DNA of 64,000 nucleotides from a virus: IMG/VR virus record IMGVR_UViG_3300028653_000010; one strand, 5' to 3'. Shown piece by piece: positions 39,770 to 49,970 of this stretch (position 1 is its first letter; each line of letters starts with the position of its first letter). The notes under the pieces were generated by a model. It saw only the letters and a program-made list of their open reading frames with translations, ran no database searches and was not told where the DNA came from. The position numbers and the translations under genes were made by a program.

Positions 39770-40450
39770 CAACCGGATAGACATGAATTAAACTAACCAC
39801 AATGACACTGACCAAAGGCTATCCTCTGAGGTGGCCTTTGCTTTTTTGTCTGGCATTTGTGCTGATTCGTTTTGAGCTTAGGGTATCGAGCTGAATGAGT
39901 TTGCAGGTAGTAGGGCTGTGGGTGATTGCTGTGGTATTTGGAAGTTCAAAAATGGTTGGTTCGTCTAGCCGGTTAATTATTAGGCAAGTGTTGGATTTAT
40001 TGGGCAGCTGCCATTTAAAAGGCAAAGCCAGGCCAGCCCCACCCTCAGAAACTCACCAGCTCCTATCAATAATCCGAACCAAAGGTGATAACCTCTGTGC
40101 CGATAATTGCACCAACAAGAGGGGTGGTACTTGCACAGCCAGAGAGGTTCCAGAGAATCTCAGGTTCAATGGTGAGTTCGAACTCCACCACCGAACCAAC
40201 TTCTGCAAGCTCAACTCACAGTAAGACTTTCTCACAAGCATAGAGACGAAGCAACTGGTCGATTGAAGAATCCTGAGTGGTTCCCTATTGACATCTCTGA
40301 CGTTTTTCGTCAAGAGCTACATCTTCTTTGATTTAGTTGATCCAAGCATCGAATTGAATCCGAGATTTTCTGGTGATCTGAGGGGGTCACCGCGATCAAG
40401 TTCTTGGGAACTAAACTGGCCAATAGAGTCTCTATGGGCCTGCTTCGGGT

Positions 40451-42916
40451 GTGACAACTGAACGCTTCGTCAATCAAGCAAGTACAGCTTTGTCCTCATC
40501 GGTTGGAGCTGGTGACCTAACCTTCTCAGTCCAGAGTACTACCCATTTTCCGACTCAACCTGAGTTCAGGATTCGAATTGGCCAAGAACTCATGTTGGTA
40601 ACCGGAGTCTCGGGTACCTCTTGGACAGTGACCCGTGGGATCGAAGGGACTACCGCGGTTTCACATGCACCAGGTTCGACCGTTGTAGCTGTTCTCACTG
40701 GTGGTGGACTCGATGAGATGCGAACGGAGATCGAAGCTGAGAACAAGACTCTCAACTATGTAGCCATCGATGGTAGTGTAGATGACATGCCAGCATTTAC
40801 TGCTAAATTAGCTTCAGCAGCAAGTACTGGGTATCGAGTACAACTGAATGCCGGGAATACAATTCAGTTCAAGACACCCCCTGATGGTAGTGGTACTTAT
40901 GCTCCACCAAATTCTACTCCAAACCTGAGTAGTGGGGAGTACATGACGTGTGCTCCAGGTACAAATCTCAGGTTTGACATGACCTATCGCTTCGGGTTGT
41001 ATGGGAGAGCTAACCTGTCCCCTGGGAGCACCGTTGCTTCTCCTCCTGCAACCAGGGCTGCCAACAACAACATAATTATAGTCAACCCCTGGGGTATAAC
41101 TCCTGCAGTTGGGTACGTTATCTGGGTTGAGCAGTACATGGGAGTTACCCCGCAAGTGAGCGGGTGTACATATACTATCAAGGAACTTGGTGTTTCCACC
41201 ATAGGGATCACTGACGTAACGGCCACCACTCTCTATGGGGGTGGCGGGACTCTCAACGGACTGACCCTCAAGCTCAACATTGATGGGGCTGGAGAGCAGA
41301 CACTTACGTTATCCGGAGCTGGGAATACAACAACCCTTATCACTCTCATTGCAGCGATAGTTGTTAAGTGGCCTTCTTTGCTGCAAGTGGGAACTGGTGG
41401 TGCATCAGGGAACAACCTACTCATCTCCTCGAAGTCGATTGTGATCGGAGCTGGTACCGCAAACACAGCTCTAGGTCTCACCGCTGGTGTTCCAACCTAT
41501 GTTGCTGTTCTGCTCGACCGATCTATTGTGTGGGAGCATTCAATTGGCGACTCAGTTACCAGTGCCCCCGACTACCCGAAGGACATCTTACTTGACTTCA
41601 CAGGAGCTAATGTCAGTGGGTACGCAAACCAGCTTATTGAGTTCACGCAGGCCCAAAGGGCTACAGTCAATGGACTCAACTATCAACTAACGAATGACCA
41701 GATCCCGTTCCTCGGTGGGACTGCTACTCTTGCATTTGATGTAGCAAGTCGCGAATGCACACTATCGAACTCAACGATTGAATTTCCGAATAACCCCTAC
41801 TACATAGGGAGCAATGGCTTTTACGGTCAGTCAAATGAAGGAACCTTGCTGTGGAATAATCGAATCCGCAATGCCAGAGCGCAGGGGTACTCCTTCATGG
41901 ACTGTTATGCCTGCAACGCCATTGGGAACATAACCTCTGACTGTGTTTGGGGTCAAGTTGCACAAGTATTTGTGGATGGTACTTTTGGTTGTTTAGATTG
42001 TGCATTCGTTGCATGTGCTGACATTGGAAGTGAAGTAGGGCAGTGGCTTTGGGGTTCTAAAAGAACAAAAACCCTTGGGTTATCGAGCACTAAGAACCCC
42101 CAGTACGGGCTTCTAGTTGATCGCAATAATGAGACCGCAACATTTACAAATTGCAGCTATACCAAGGCTCCTATTGGTATTTATATCGACGCTACTGCAA
42201 CTGGAACCTCATTCACCCAGCTGAATACTGACGAGTGTCTTACTGGAATTGTTATTTCTGGGGCAGCTACCATATCACAGTGGCATCACCACAGCACTCG
42301 AACTGATCCTGGTGCAACAGGGGTGTTTGTATCTGGAGTCGGCACTAACATCATCCGCGACATAGATCTGAAGATGAAAAGTGGAATCGCGGTTGATGTT
42401 GGTACTACGGGTACTCTACTACTGGATGGTGGGAGAATAGAGACGGGACCTACAGGTTATTGTTTGCGTGTACAGACAGCAGCTCGTATCAGACTGTCCA
42501 ACATAACCTTTGCTGGTGGTGTTGGGATCTCTTGCTCAAGTGGTACTATTGAGATAGGGCCAAACTGTGACTTTAGTGCTATAACAGAGAATCAACAATT
42601 TCTCGTGATTGCCCCGGGTTTGGTTACATTTCAGCAGACCGGTGGGGTTCTCTCGTATGCTGGCAGCAATCGATTCATACTACTAAGTGAGTGCTACAAT
42701 ACCACCATAGAGATATCGGCCTCAGCCTCAGCGAGTGGTGTTGGCCTACCTGGGATACCTGGACTTCAGTTCACGGTAGTAAATAACAACACAAACCCGA
42801 TGTTCGTTATCTCTAGGGCGGCAGGTGATACCGGAGTTACGATTGCCGGAGGCAAGACAGCTATTGTTAGGGTAGACTCGACTAACCACTGTAAGCGGGT
42901 AACCGCTGATCTATGA
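40451..42916 (+). CDS. Tail fibre/tailspike-like protein with right-handed beta-helix
   Basis: Tail-type N-domain 'ELMLVTGVSG..TVTRGIEGT.A.SH..G'; G-I/V-x-I/N ladder repeats. Confidence 0.75.
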   Translation: MTTERFVNQASTALSSSVGAGDLTFSVQSTTHFPTQPEFRIRIGQELMLVTGVSGTSWTVTRGIEGTTAVSHAPGSTVVAVLTGGGLDEMRTEIEAENKTLNYVAIDGSVDDMPAFTAKLASAASTGYRVQLNAGNTIQFKTPPDGSGTYAPPNSTPNLSSGEYMTCAPGTNLRFDMTYRFGLYGRANLSPGSTVASPPATRAANNNIIIVNPWGITPAVGYVIWVEQYMGVTPQVSGCTYTIKELGVSTIGITDVTATTLYGGGGTLNGLTLKLNIDGAGEQTLTLSGAGNTTTLITLIAAIVVKWPSLLQVGTGGASGNNLLISSKSIVIGAGTANTALGLTAGVPTYVAVLLDRSIVWEHSIGDSVTSAPDYPKDILLDFTGANVSGYANQLIEFTQAQRATVNGLNYQLTNDQIPFLGGTATLAFDVASRECTLSNSTIEFPNNPYYIGSNGFYGQSNEGTLLWNNRIRNARAQGYSFMDCYACNAIGNITSDCVWGQVAQVFVDGTFGCLDCAFVACADIGSEVGQWLWGSKRTKTLGLSSTKNPQYGLLVDRNNETATFTNCSYTKAPIGIYIDATATGTSFTQLNTDECLTGIVISGAATISQWHHHSTRTDPGATGVFVSGVGTNIIRDIDLKMKSGIAVDVGTTGTLLLDGGRIETGPTGYCLRVQTAARIRLSNITFAGGVGISCSSGTIEIGPNCDFSAITENQQFLVIAPGLVTFQQTGGVLSYAGSNRFILLSECYNTTIEISASASASGVGLPGIPGLQFTVVNNNTNPMFVISRAAGDTGVTIAGGKTAIVRVDSTNHCKRVTADL

Positions 42917-43065
42917 AATTTATGACACCAGCCCAGAGAGACCTAATCAAACTGTACATTGCTATGGCAAAGAAACATTCACCAGGACCTTTCGAAGGCA
43001 TTGATGAAGCAATAGCGGCTCTAGAAGAGCTTGTCAACGAACAAGATGAAGGTGATCATGACTGA
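42913..43065 (+). CDS. Small protein coupled to the tail gene
   Basis: 50-aa ORF with ATGA overlap. Confidence 0.5.
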   Translation: MKFMTPAQRDLIKLYIAMAKKHSPGPFEGIDEAIAALEELVNEQDEGDHD

Positions 43066-43066
43066 A

Positions 43067-44344
43067 CTAAAGATCTACTACCCGACGGATCTGATAGTGT
43101 CCACTACTAGAAACCAAAGGATATTCTTGGTTCCGCTCAGAGGATAGAACTGATCGGAAAGACTCAAGTTGGTCTCGAGTGAGACCCCCTCCAGACACAT
43201 AACCCTCAAACACTTCCGCGAAAGCCTCTTCAATGTTGGAGCTAGCGTACTCACCCAATGGTGCAACCGGCTTAGGATTACCCTCTTCATCAGTAGGTCC
43301 CTGCGGGTAATCCCTGAATCTGTCTGTAGTCTTGGTTTGAACTAAGGCATTGAATCGAGCTCGATTCGCTGGGGTCATGAACTTGAACCAGTATCGGTGC
43401 CCAAGCTCATGGATCACGATACGGGTAACGAAACCCTCTGGCTTATTCCTAATATAGACTTGGTCCAGATCGTGGTTATACTCCCCAGCATCCCCAGAAC
43501 TACTGTAACCCCACTTCTGAGCAAGCTCAATCTCTTCTTGGGTTTTCTTGTGATTCTTGGCCTCAACAAACATCACCCCGTACCACAACTTTCCGAAACC
43601 ATTGTTTTTCAACATCTGTTGTGCTCGGTTGATGTACTTGATGTAATCACGAACGTCATTCCGACTCACTGAGTCATCAATGACAACAACCTTGGCGCTG
43701 TTGAGATCAAATTCCTTAGGAACCGTAGAGTAGAAGTCATCGATTGGATCTTCCCCGTGTTCCTTCTTGTACTCAGCGGTAGCCTTGGCATCAGCGTAGA
43801 GGTGCTTCATCAAAGCATCGAAGACTCTGGTAGCCGGAGCCCACACCACTTCTGGATGCCACCGATACTGATCAACAGCATCCATGGCCTTAGTCCACTT
43901 TGCGTGATATGGCTCGTATTCAGGGTATTTGCGAATGAACTCATCAGATCCGTGAAGCTTTCGGATGTTGTCCCCAGTTCGCTCTTCGATCTCATCCAGG
44001 AACTTCTCGCGCTTCTCACTTACCTCTCTGTAATTACTGGCTATTTTTTCGTATTCTGTGTACACCTCGAAAACCTGACCTTTGGTCTTTGCCAAAAGGT
44101 TCTCGAACTTGATCCGCTCCCTAGAACCGGTGAACACAATGTTCATGCCATGCCTTTGGAAGAGTACCTGATCCCCTAGGTTCCTCAGGAACTCAATGAG
44201 AGCCTTGTGCTTGTCATCCATCTCATGCGGGGACTTGATGACGGCAGTCCAGCCCCTCTTGACCCCCATGAGCCATTGCTTGGTCAAGATGTCTGCTTGA
44301 ATGAAGCGAGCAGCTACTCGGAGAGTTAAGACGTCTTCGCGCAT
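43067..44344 (-). CDS. Zincin-like metallopeptidase-domain protein with N-terminal RVAARF tag
   Basis: 'IHELGH', 'YASSNIEEAFAE'. Confidence 0.7.
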   Translation of the reverse strand: MREDVLTLRVAARFIQADILTKQWLMGVKRGWTAVIKSPHEMDDKHKALIEFLRNLGDQVLFQRHGMNIVFTGSRERIKFENLLAKTKGQVFEVYTEYEKIASNYREVSEKREKFLDEIEERTGDNIRKLHGSDEFIRKYPEYEPYHAKWTKAMDAVDQYRWHPEVVWAPATRVFDALMKHLYADAKATAEYKKEHGEDPIDDFYSTVPKEFDLNSAKVVVIDDSVSRNDVRDYIKYINRAQQMLKNNGFGKLWYGVMFVEAKNHKKTQEEIELAQKWGYSSSGDAGEYNHDLDQVYIRNKPEGFVTRIVIHELGHRYWFKFMTPANRARFNALVQTKTTDRFRDYPQGPTDEEGNPKPVAPLGEYASSNIEEAFAEVFEGYVSGGGLTRDQLESFRSVLSSERNQEYPLVSSSGHYQIRRVVDL

Positions 44345-44496
44345 CTACGAAGAAAACCCAACAAGAAGATAACTAAGAGCGAGCCATGCCTACGTTGAGG
44401 TCTGTAAGCCTCATGTATCAATGAATGAAGACTTGATTAATCGAAGGTTGCTTAAATGTCATTGAGTTTTATCATCTTATTGAGTAGAGTAATGGC

Positions 44497-44727
44497 ATGC
44501 CAGCTCTAAGAGTAATTATCCCGTTTGATACAAGGTGTTGTTCGATAAATTGCGAGTTCAACCGAACGTACACTGGAAAGTGCACTGTTCGAGGAGCCAC
44601 CCCAGATCTTGCGGAGACGATTGCTAGAGACGGTGACTTCTACCTCAGAACAAGGTACTGTATTGAGAAGGCCTCGATCGTGAATGAACCTTCTAGGAAG
44701 GTCACCTATTTACCAACAGGTGAGTAG
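44497..44727 (+). CDS. Hypothetical protein
   Basis: 76-aa ORF after an AT-rich stretch with CTTAT-N16. Confidence 0.4.
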   Translation: MPALRVIIPFDTRCCSINCEFNRTYTGKCTVRGATPDLAETIARDGDFYLRTRYCIEKASIVNEPSRKVTYLPTGE

Positions 44728-44983
44728 GAAGATCTAAGACAAAACGGCGTATTGAAGGTGAGAGTTCTATGCCCTTAGTTTTGGTGAACCCAAGAAAACC
44801 GGCTCAATTCCGAGCAGAGATCGCTAGCATTTGCCTGAATGAGGCGATGAATGCAGCTGAGCCTCTCAGAACTGAGCTATTGGATTCAGCTATACCACCC
44901 AGCTTAGGCCACGACCCATAACGAGTCTTGAACTAAGCCATCGTATCTTGAACTTGAGCATAAAACCTTCTTTCATTGGAGAT

Positions 44984-45071
44984 TGGTGCACGAGAGAGGA
45001 ATTGAACCTCCATGGGAATTACCCCGCCGGATTCTAAGTCCGGAGCGTCTGCCTAGTTCCGCCACTCGTGC
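44984..45071 (-). tRNA. tRNA-Leu(TAG)
   Basis: Cloverleaf, long variable arm, encoded CCA. Confidence 0.92.
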
Positions 45072-45076
45072 GTTAG

Positions 45077-45151
45077 TACCCCCGATACGACTTGAACGTA
45101 CAAAACCTCTGGTTTGTAGGACCAGCGCTCTACCAATTGAGCTACAGGGGC
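45077..45151 (-). tRNA. tRNA with TAC anticodon (Val?), atypical C33
   Basis: CTGGT-CCTACAA-ACCAG; Arg-like body. Confidence 0.65.
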
Positions 45152-45158
45152 ATGAAAG

Positions 45159-45338
45159 TTACTCAGGCCAAGGCTCATCGAGGAGCTTGGCCGCTCTGAC
45201 TACATCGTCGACAACCACGAAAGAACCGTCAATAGTTGCAACCTGAACACATCCAACTTGGTTGACTACAGAACCAACTATGTCTTCGTTGTCCATGACC
45301 ACTACTTCGTCCTTCGACCTTCGGAGTATTCTCACCAT
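45159..45338 (-). CDS. Small hypothetical protein
   Basis: ATG 9 nt after GGTGTA. Confidence 0.55.
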   Translation of the reverse strand: MVRILRRSKDEVVVMDNEDIVGSVVNQVGCVQVATIDGSFVVVDDVVRAAKLLDEPWPE

Positions 45339-45365
45339 CCTAGGTACTACACCCAGTGAGAACTT

Positions 45366-45441
45366 TGGTGCTGAAAGCGGGACTCGAACCCGCAACCTTC
45401 GCCTTATGAAAGCGCCGCTCTACCGATTGAGCTACATCAGC
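45366..45441 (-). tRNA. tRNA-Met/Ile2(CAT)
   Basis: Loop TT-CAT-AA; CCA. Confidence 0.85.
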
Positions 45442-45443
45442 AT

Positions 45444-45520
45444 TGGTACCCCCAGGAGAACTCGAATCTCCAACCTTAGGCTTCGAAAACCTCTGCTCTA
45501 TCCAATTGAGCTATGGGGGT
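45444..45520 (-). tRNA. tRNA-Arg(TCG)
   Basis: Loop TT-TCG-AA; CCA. Confidence 0.9.
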
Positions 45521-45524
45521 GTAA

Positions 45525-45860
45525 CTAACGAGATCTTTGACTTCTACAGTTGACACTTCCTCCAGCATTAACGTTCCCGATGATGTCATCAGCGTGGACA
45601 CTCCCACCGGCGGTCACTGTAGATTGAATGTTACCAGCATGGACACTACCTCCCGCACTCACGTTCCCAGTGACGTCCCCACAAGTGACTGAAGCATCAG
45701 ATCGAAGGTTAGCAAGAGGACCTTCCCACTTGACTTCGACGACTCCATGAAGGCCATTCTCGACGGTCACCCCATCAACCTTGATAACCCCATTGTTGAT
45801 TGAGACAGTACCTGAGCCATCAACCTCTATGCGTTTGCCATTGATTGTGATTACAGCCAT
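45525..45860 (-). CDS. Small beta-solenoid protein (AGGSV repeats)
   Basis: 'GNVSAGGSVHA..TAGGSVHA..NAGGSVNC'. Confidence 0.75.
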   Translation of the reverse strand: MAVITINGKRIEVDGSGTVSINNGVIKVDGVTVENGLHGVVEVKWEGPLANLRSDASVTCGDVTGNVSAGGSVHAGNIQSTVTAGGSVHADDIIGNVNAGGSVNCRSQRSR

Positions 45861-45879
45861 GGCCCTAATACACCGTAGT

Positions 45880-45956
45880 TGGTGATCCCGGTGGGATTCG
45901 AACCCACAGTCGTCGGCTTCGGAGGCCGCTGCACAAGTCCGTTATGCTACGAGATC
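45880..45956 (-). tRNA. tRNA-Arg(CCG)
   Basis: Loop CT-CCG-AA; CCA. Confidence 0.85.
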
Positions 45957-45958
45957 AT

Positions 45959-46034
45959 TGGCGTCCGCGAGAGGGGTCGAACCTCCAACCTCCAGCTTCG
46001 CAAGCTGTTGCTCCTCCAATCGAGCTGCGCGGAC
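45959..46034 (-). tRNA. tRNA-Arg(GCG)
   Basis: Loop TT-GCG-AA; CCA. Confidence 0.88.
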
Positions 46035-46036
46035 AT

Positions 46037-46112
46037 TGGTACCCCCAGAAAGACTTGAACTTTCGACCTCAGGTTTAGAAAACCTTTGCTCTATCCACTG
46101 AGCTATGGGGGC
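46037..46112 (-). tRNA. tRNA-Arg(TCT)
   Basis: Loop TT-TCT-AA; CCA. Confidence 0.9.
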
Positions 46113-46117
46113 ATAAA

Positions 46118-46675
46118 TCAGACTGCGAAGCTTCCTAGGTTCCCAGCCATGAGTGCTTCGTAGTTGTAGTCTTTTCCTAAGCATTCTTGAATGCTTACGG
46201 ACTTCTTATGTACCTCGATGACCTTGCCATTGTAGAGCCAGACACTTCGAGGGATCTTGATCTTGCCGAGAACGAACCTTGCGCCAAGCTCTGTCATCTT
46301 GTACATCCCCTGAGTCTTGACTGGAGGCTTGGGGTTCACGATTGACTTCTTCTCCGGCGGGCGCTCGACGATGAGTTGCCAGTACTTCATCTTCGACCAC
46401 TCCCCACCCTTCACCTCGGACCCAATCGCCACCATGTTTGAGATGTACTGGTTCATGTCGAGCCAGTCAGAGGCCGTCTGGAAGTGACGGTACATCAGAA
46501 TGAGGACGTACGCCATCGGGGCACTCAGCTCTTTTTCAACCATCCTCACGAGTTGACGGCATACTGGACAGACTGCGCCGGGGCCTCGTACATGAGCCTT
46601 CAACTTCTCTTGAAGCTCACTTAGGGGCATATCAGGAGTTACGGGGAGATTAATTGGACCCTTACCGATTGCCAC
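46118..46675 (-). CDS. Hypothetical protein (CxxC plus winged-helix-like)
   Basis: 'CPVC', 'GMYKMTELGARF'; GTG 9 nt after GGTGTA. Confidence 0.7.
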   Translation of the reverse strand: MAIGKGPINLPVTPDMPLSELQEKLKAHVRGPGAVCPVCRQLVRMVEKELSAPMAYVLILMYRHFQTASDWLDMNQYISNMVAIGSEVKGGEWSKMKYWQLIVERPPEKKSIVNPKPPVKTQGMYKMTELGARFVLGKIKIPRSVWLYNGKVIEVHKKSVSIQECLGKDYNYEALMAGNLGSFAV

Positions 46676-46822
46676 CCTGCTGAATACACCAACGAGTCGC
46701 AACCCTATCAGCTAAACTACTAGACTTGTTAGCTGGGATGAACATGATTCTACTGATATCATCCAGTTTAATCTTGACAATATTAGGGTTGTCCTGAGAA
46801 TCCTGAGCCTGGATCAGTCCAA
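46662..46822 (-). pseudogene. C-terminal fragment of the IS607-interrupted gene
   Basis: Frame 'VGLIQAQDSQDNPNIVKIKLDD..SSLADRVATRW..*' joins in frame to 49141..49939 when the IS is removed. Confidence 0.6.
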
Positions 46823-46856
46823 CCGTACTCAAGAAGTTGCTTAAACTTACGTGGGT

Positions 46857-48284
46857 TCAAGCAACTACCTGATTAAAAGCTATGCCAATGCTTCTCTTTC
46901 GAGAACGTCCCTTGGTAGTAAGCCTCCGGCCATACGGTAATGGCGCGTATTTATTCAAGAAGTCTTGTGGACAGTCCTGGTTAGGATTCCTCCTAGACCA
47001 GTATAGCCTCACAAGCATTCTCTTCACTTCCGATGGGTGATCATTGAGACCAATCTGTTTGCTCTCAGAACGTCTGAGCAGATTGATCCCTCCTACCACA
47101 TCAGCATGTGAAATCCTGCCGCATTGGCGGCAGATGAAACTGGTTCCAGACCGATTGAGCCTGGAGACATGCCCACAAGAAGGGCATGTTTGACTAGAAT
47201 AAGCGGGATTCACCTTATCGGTCGGAGCTTTGCTCTCAAGAGCGTGAGCTAAGGCTCTGTAGCAAAAGCGTTTTTGACCACGACAACCCCGAAGATCCAA
47301 GTCCTCAAGGACGAAGACTGATTCTGGATAAGCTCGAAGAAGCTCATTGGAGACCCGTCCAGTGATGCTCTTAGTCAAGCCGGAGAGCTTGGACTCAAGC
47401 CTGTCGAGTCTAGGGCTGTTTTCTTTGAGTCCCTGCCTTTGGCGGTTCGCTCGAACCGCCCTGACCTTGTTGTAGAGCCGATTAAACTTGGGTTTCAAGT
47501 CTGCCCCAAACGTGTGTCCGCTCGAAGTAGCCGCTACTACGTTTAGCCCGACATCTACTCCGATCATTGGAAGGTCTGGCTCCGCCTCACAGATCAGCCA
47601 TTCTTTGGTGTCAACAGCTTCGAATCGCCACCGGCCTTTTCGGTCTTTTCTAGCATGAATCCCCTTACCCACATCAGAGGACTTCTTGACATACGGGTTT
47701 CCAACCAGCGGGAGCCAGGCAAGCTTACGAGAAACTAAGGTCGAGATCTTGAGCCAAAGATAAGCGTGAACAGCCTCTTCTGGATCTTCCAATGAGCAGG
47801 TGTTTTCAGACATCCTCATTGGGATTCGACTAGACACACTTGGGAAGTTTCCAACTACTTCTGGGTCAGAGAGCCAAGCCCAATACAGATTGATAGCCTC
47901 TTGGGTCACGGTCTTACTCGGATCGTGAACCAAATACTTGCCGACCGTACAGAGTTGCTTCCGAAAGTCCTCATCGAAAGTCCCTTCATTGAAGGATAAC
48001 CTGATGAAAGTCTTGAGCTTCCTGGCATAGATCCCCTTGGCCCAGGTACTTACGATCTGGATGGCATGATCACGGGCGTTCTTCTCAATCTGTGAAGTTA
48101 GGTTCTCAGCTCGGGGAAAGAACTCTTGCTTCTCCGAGCGGGGCAAGCTTAGTCGGCGAGCGGAGAGCATCGTCTGGACGCATATCCGAACGTAAAGCAC
48201 ATACTCAGCATGGAGGGCCTCGATAGCTTTAACCTTCCCTGGATTGCACTCGGAGTGCAACATGAAGAACCTACACTTCTTCAT
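46857..48284 (-). CDS. tnpB: TnpB RNA-guided nuclease
   Basis: RuvC 'GVDVG', 'LEDL', 'PAYSSQTCPSCG', 'CRQCG..ADVVGGIN'. Confidence 0.92.
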   Translation of the reverse strand: MKKCRFFMLHSECNPGKVKAIEALHAEYVLYVRICVQTMLSARRLSLPRSEKQEFFPRAENLTSQIEKNARDHAIQIVSTWAKGIYARKLKTFIRLSFNEGTFDEDFRKQLCTVGKYLVHDPSKTVTQEAINLYWAWLSDPEVVGNFPSVSSRIPMRMSENTCSLEDPEEAVHAYLWLKISTLVSRKLAWLPLVGNPYVKKSSDVGKGIHARKDRKGRWRFEAVDTKEWLICEAEPDLPMIGVDVGLNVVAATSSGHTFGADLKPKFNRLYNKVRAVRANRQRQGLKENSPRLDRLESKLSGLTKSITGRVSNELLRAYPESVFVLEDLDLRGCRGQKRFCYRALAHALESKAPTDKVNPAYSSQTCPSCGHVSRLNRSGTSFICRQCGRISHADVVGGINLLRRSESKQIGLNDHPSEVKRMLVRLYWSRRNPNQDCPQDFLNKYAPLPYGRRLTTKGRSRKRSIGIAFNQVVA

Positions 48285-48904
48285 GCCGCTTCAGCCTTCT
48301 TCTTTCGGCGGTTCTCAGCAGAGCGTTTCCCATATACTTTGGCTGAGAAGCTGGACATAAGGCTGACCATATCCTCAACGAGTTCCGCCTCGTAAGACTT
48401 CGGAAGCACGTTTTCCAGCCATTCAACCTGTACACCGTGACTCTCGAAGAACTTCTGGAATATGTTGAAATTGAACCGAGCTAACCGATCTTTGTGCTCG
48501 ATAACCACTCGCCCAATCTCGCCCCTCGTTGCCAGCTCAAGAAGCCGTAGCATCTTCGGCCGAGTGTCCGTCATCCCAGATCCAACCTCCTCCATGACGT
48601 GGGTCACCGAGTAGCTCTGCTTGACGCAATGCTCTAGAAGCCTTCCCTTCTGGCGGTCGAGGTCTCCTTTAGCCTTCTGCTCGTGACTAGAAACACGAGC
48701 GTAGACTGCCACGGACTCCGACTTCTTGGAGGTCTTCTTGATGATTCCCTGGAAGCGGTCGAGGTCTTCAGTGCGGTATCGGCGCTGACCACCAGGAGTT
48801 CGAACGGCTACGAGGCTCTTGTTCTTATCCCAAGTTCGAAGTGTGGAGGTTCCGCAACCAAGGATTTCAGCCGCTTTTTTGAGCGAGACAAGTCCATGGG
48901 ACAT
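48281..48904 (-). CDS. tnpA: IS607 serine-recombinase transposase
   Basis: MerR-like HTH 'TLRTWD..RTPGGQRRY', 'YARVSS', 'DRLARF', 'FSAKVYG'. Confidence 0.95.
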   Translation of the reverse strand: MSHGLVSLKKAAEILGCGTSTLRTWDKNKSLVAVRTPGGQRRYRTEDLDRFQGIIKKTSKKSESVAVYARVSSHEQKAKGDLDRQKGRLLEHCVKQSYSVTHVMEEVGSGMTDTRPKMLRLLELATRGEIGRVVIEHKDRLARFNFNIFQKFFESHGVQVEWLENVLPKSYEAELVEDMVSLMSSFSAKVYGKRSAENRRKKKAEAA

Positions 48905-49055
48905 CCTTTCGCTTCAACCGATCTGACCAAAGGTCGTAATGTACTTGAAACTCTTCGGGGGTCGGAACCGGTTCGAGTGGGGTGACGTGGGGAAATACCC
49001 TACCGTCTTCCAATTCGAACTCAGTGGCCGAGACTCGAACCACTTTCATCTTCAT
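48867..49055 (-). CDS. Small ORF inside the IS607 left end
   Basis: 'MKMKVVRVSATEFELEDGRVFPH'; preceded by CCTAT-N14. Confidence 0.55.
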   Translation of the reverse strand: MKMKVVRVSATEFELEDGRVFPHVTPLEPVPTPEEFQVHYDLWSDRLKRKDVPWTCLAQKSG

Positions 49056-49140
49056 GTACATCCGATCTGATAGGATGATTATCTATGAGACGAGCGGAGT
49101 CAAGTAACTTTAGTCAAGTTCAGGTTGAACTGCTGGCAAC

Positions 49141-49939
49141 CCTTGATGCCCCAAGCTTCAACCATACCAATTAAGTTCTGAGCTGATTCAGATTCAGTGA
49201 AATCACCTGCAATCCTCCAACCAGCAACAGCACCTCGACCTACTCGTTGACCCTCAGCATCCTTCTTAGACATGTAGTCTTGGAAGTGCTTGCCTAGCTT
49301 ATCCCCACCAGCCCAGAGTGCTTGCTCTTGAGGAGTGAGTCGATCAAAAGCCTTCTTGAAGAGGCTTGGGTACCGATCCCCGGGGTAGCGCTTCTTCATG
49401 TGACTAGACTTAAACCCCTTAACCGACTCAGTCATCTCTTTCGTGATCTGGTCAAAGTGCTCTTTATTCTCCTCGATGATAGCGTCTAGTCGCTTGTCGT
49501 CCAACTCTAAAGGATTGGACGGAGCAGTATCTTTCGAATCATCACCCTTGGACTTTGGTTTTGAGTCTTCTTCTTTGGGCTTAGCATCTGAAGTGGACTC
49601 TTCAGAAGGCGTTGGCTTCTTTGGTGAAGTACCACCCTTATCGTCCTGCTTCCCTACCCAGTTGTAGTACTCCTTGAGTGCCTTGCCATAAAAGCTAGGG
49701 TTCTTTAGAGCTGTACTGAAGGAAACCTCCGAGTTTCTCTCACGAGACTGAGGATCTGCACTTGGGTTAGGAACCTTACGCTTACCCCCTTCTTGTGTAA
49801 GGTCCAACCACTCTTTCCACCTGGGAGGGATCTTACCCTTTCGTTGGGTCTCGTCATCCTCCCCAGTACTAAGTGATATCTTCGCTCGTGCTCGAACGTA
49901 CCGAGCCGCAACACGAAGGGTCATTAGGTCATCAAACAC
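49141..49939 (-). pseudogene. N-terminal part of an RVAARY-tagged gene interrupted by IS607
   Basis: GTG 49939 after CTTAT-N13; frame runs into the IS end and stops at 49100. Confidence 0.65.
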
Positions 49940-49970
49940 ACTTACCCACTGGATAAGTTCATTAGACTGA

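Larger units (their letters stand above)
46825..49140 (-). mobile_element. IS607-family element (small ORF + tnpA + tnpB) bounded by GG dinucleotides
   Basis: tnpA/tnpB pair; junctions AA[GG]GTTGCC and GAGTAC[GG]TTGG; CTTGA repeats at ends; right-end hairpin. Confidence 0.8.

Noticed and set aside
46825-49140. IStron (group I intron-IS fusion)
   Set aside because: Only about 85 nt lie between the left end and the first ORF, too short for an intron core.
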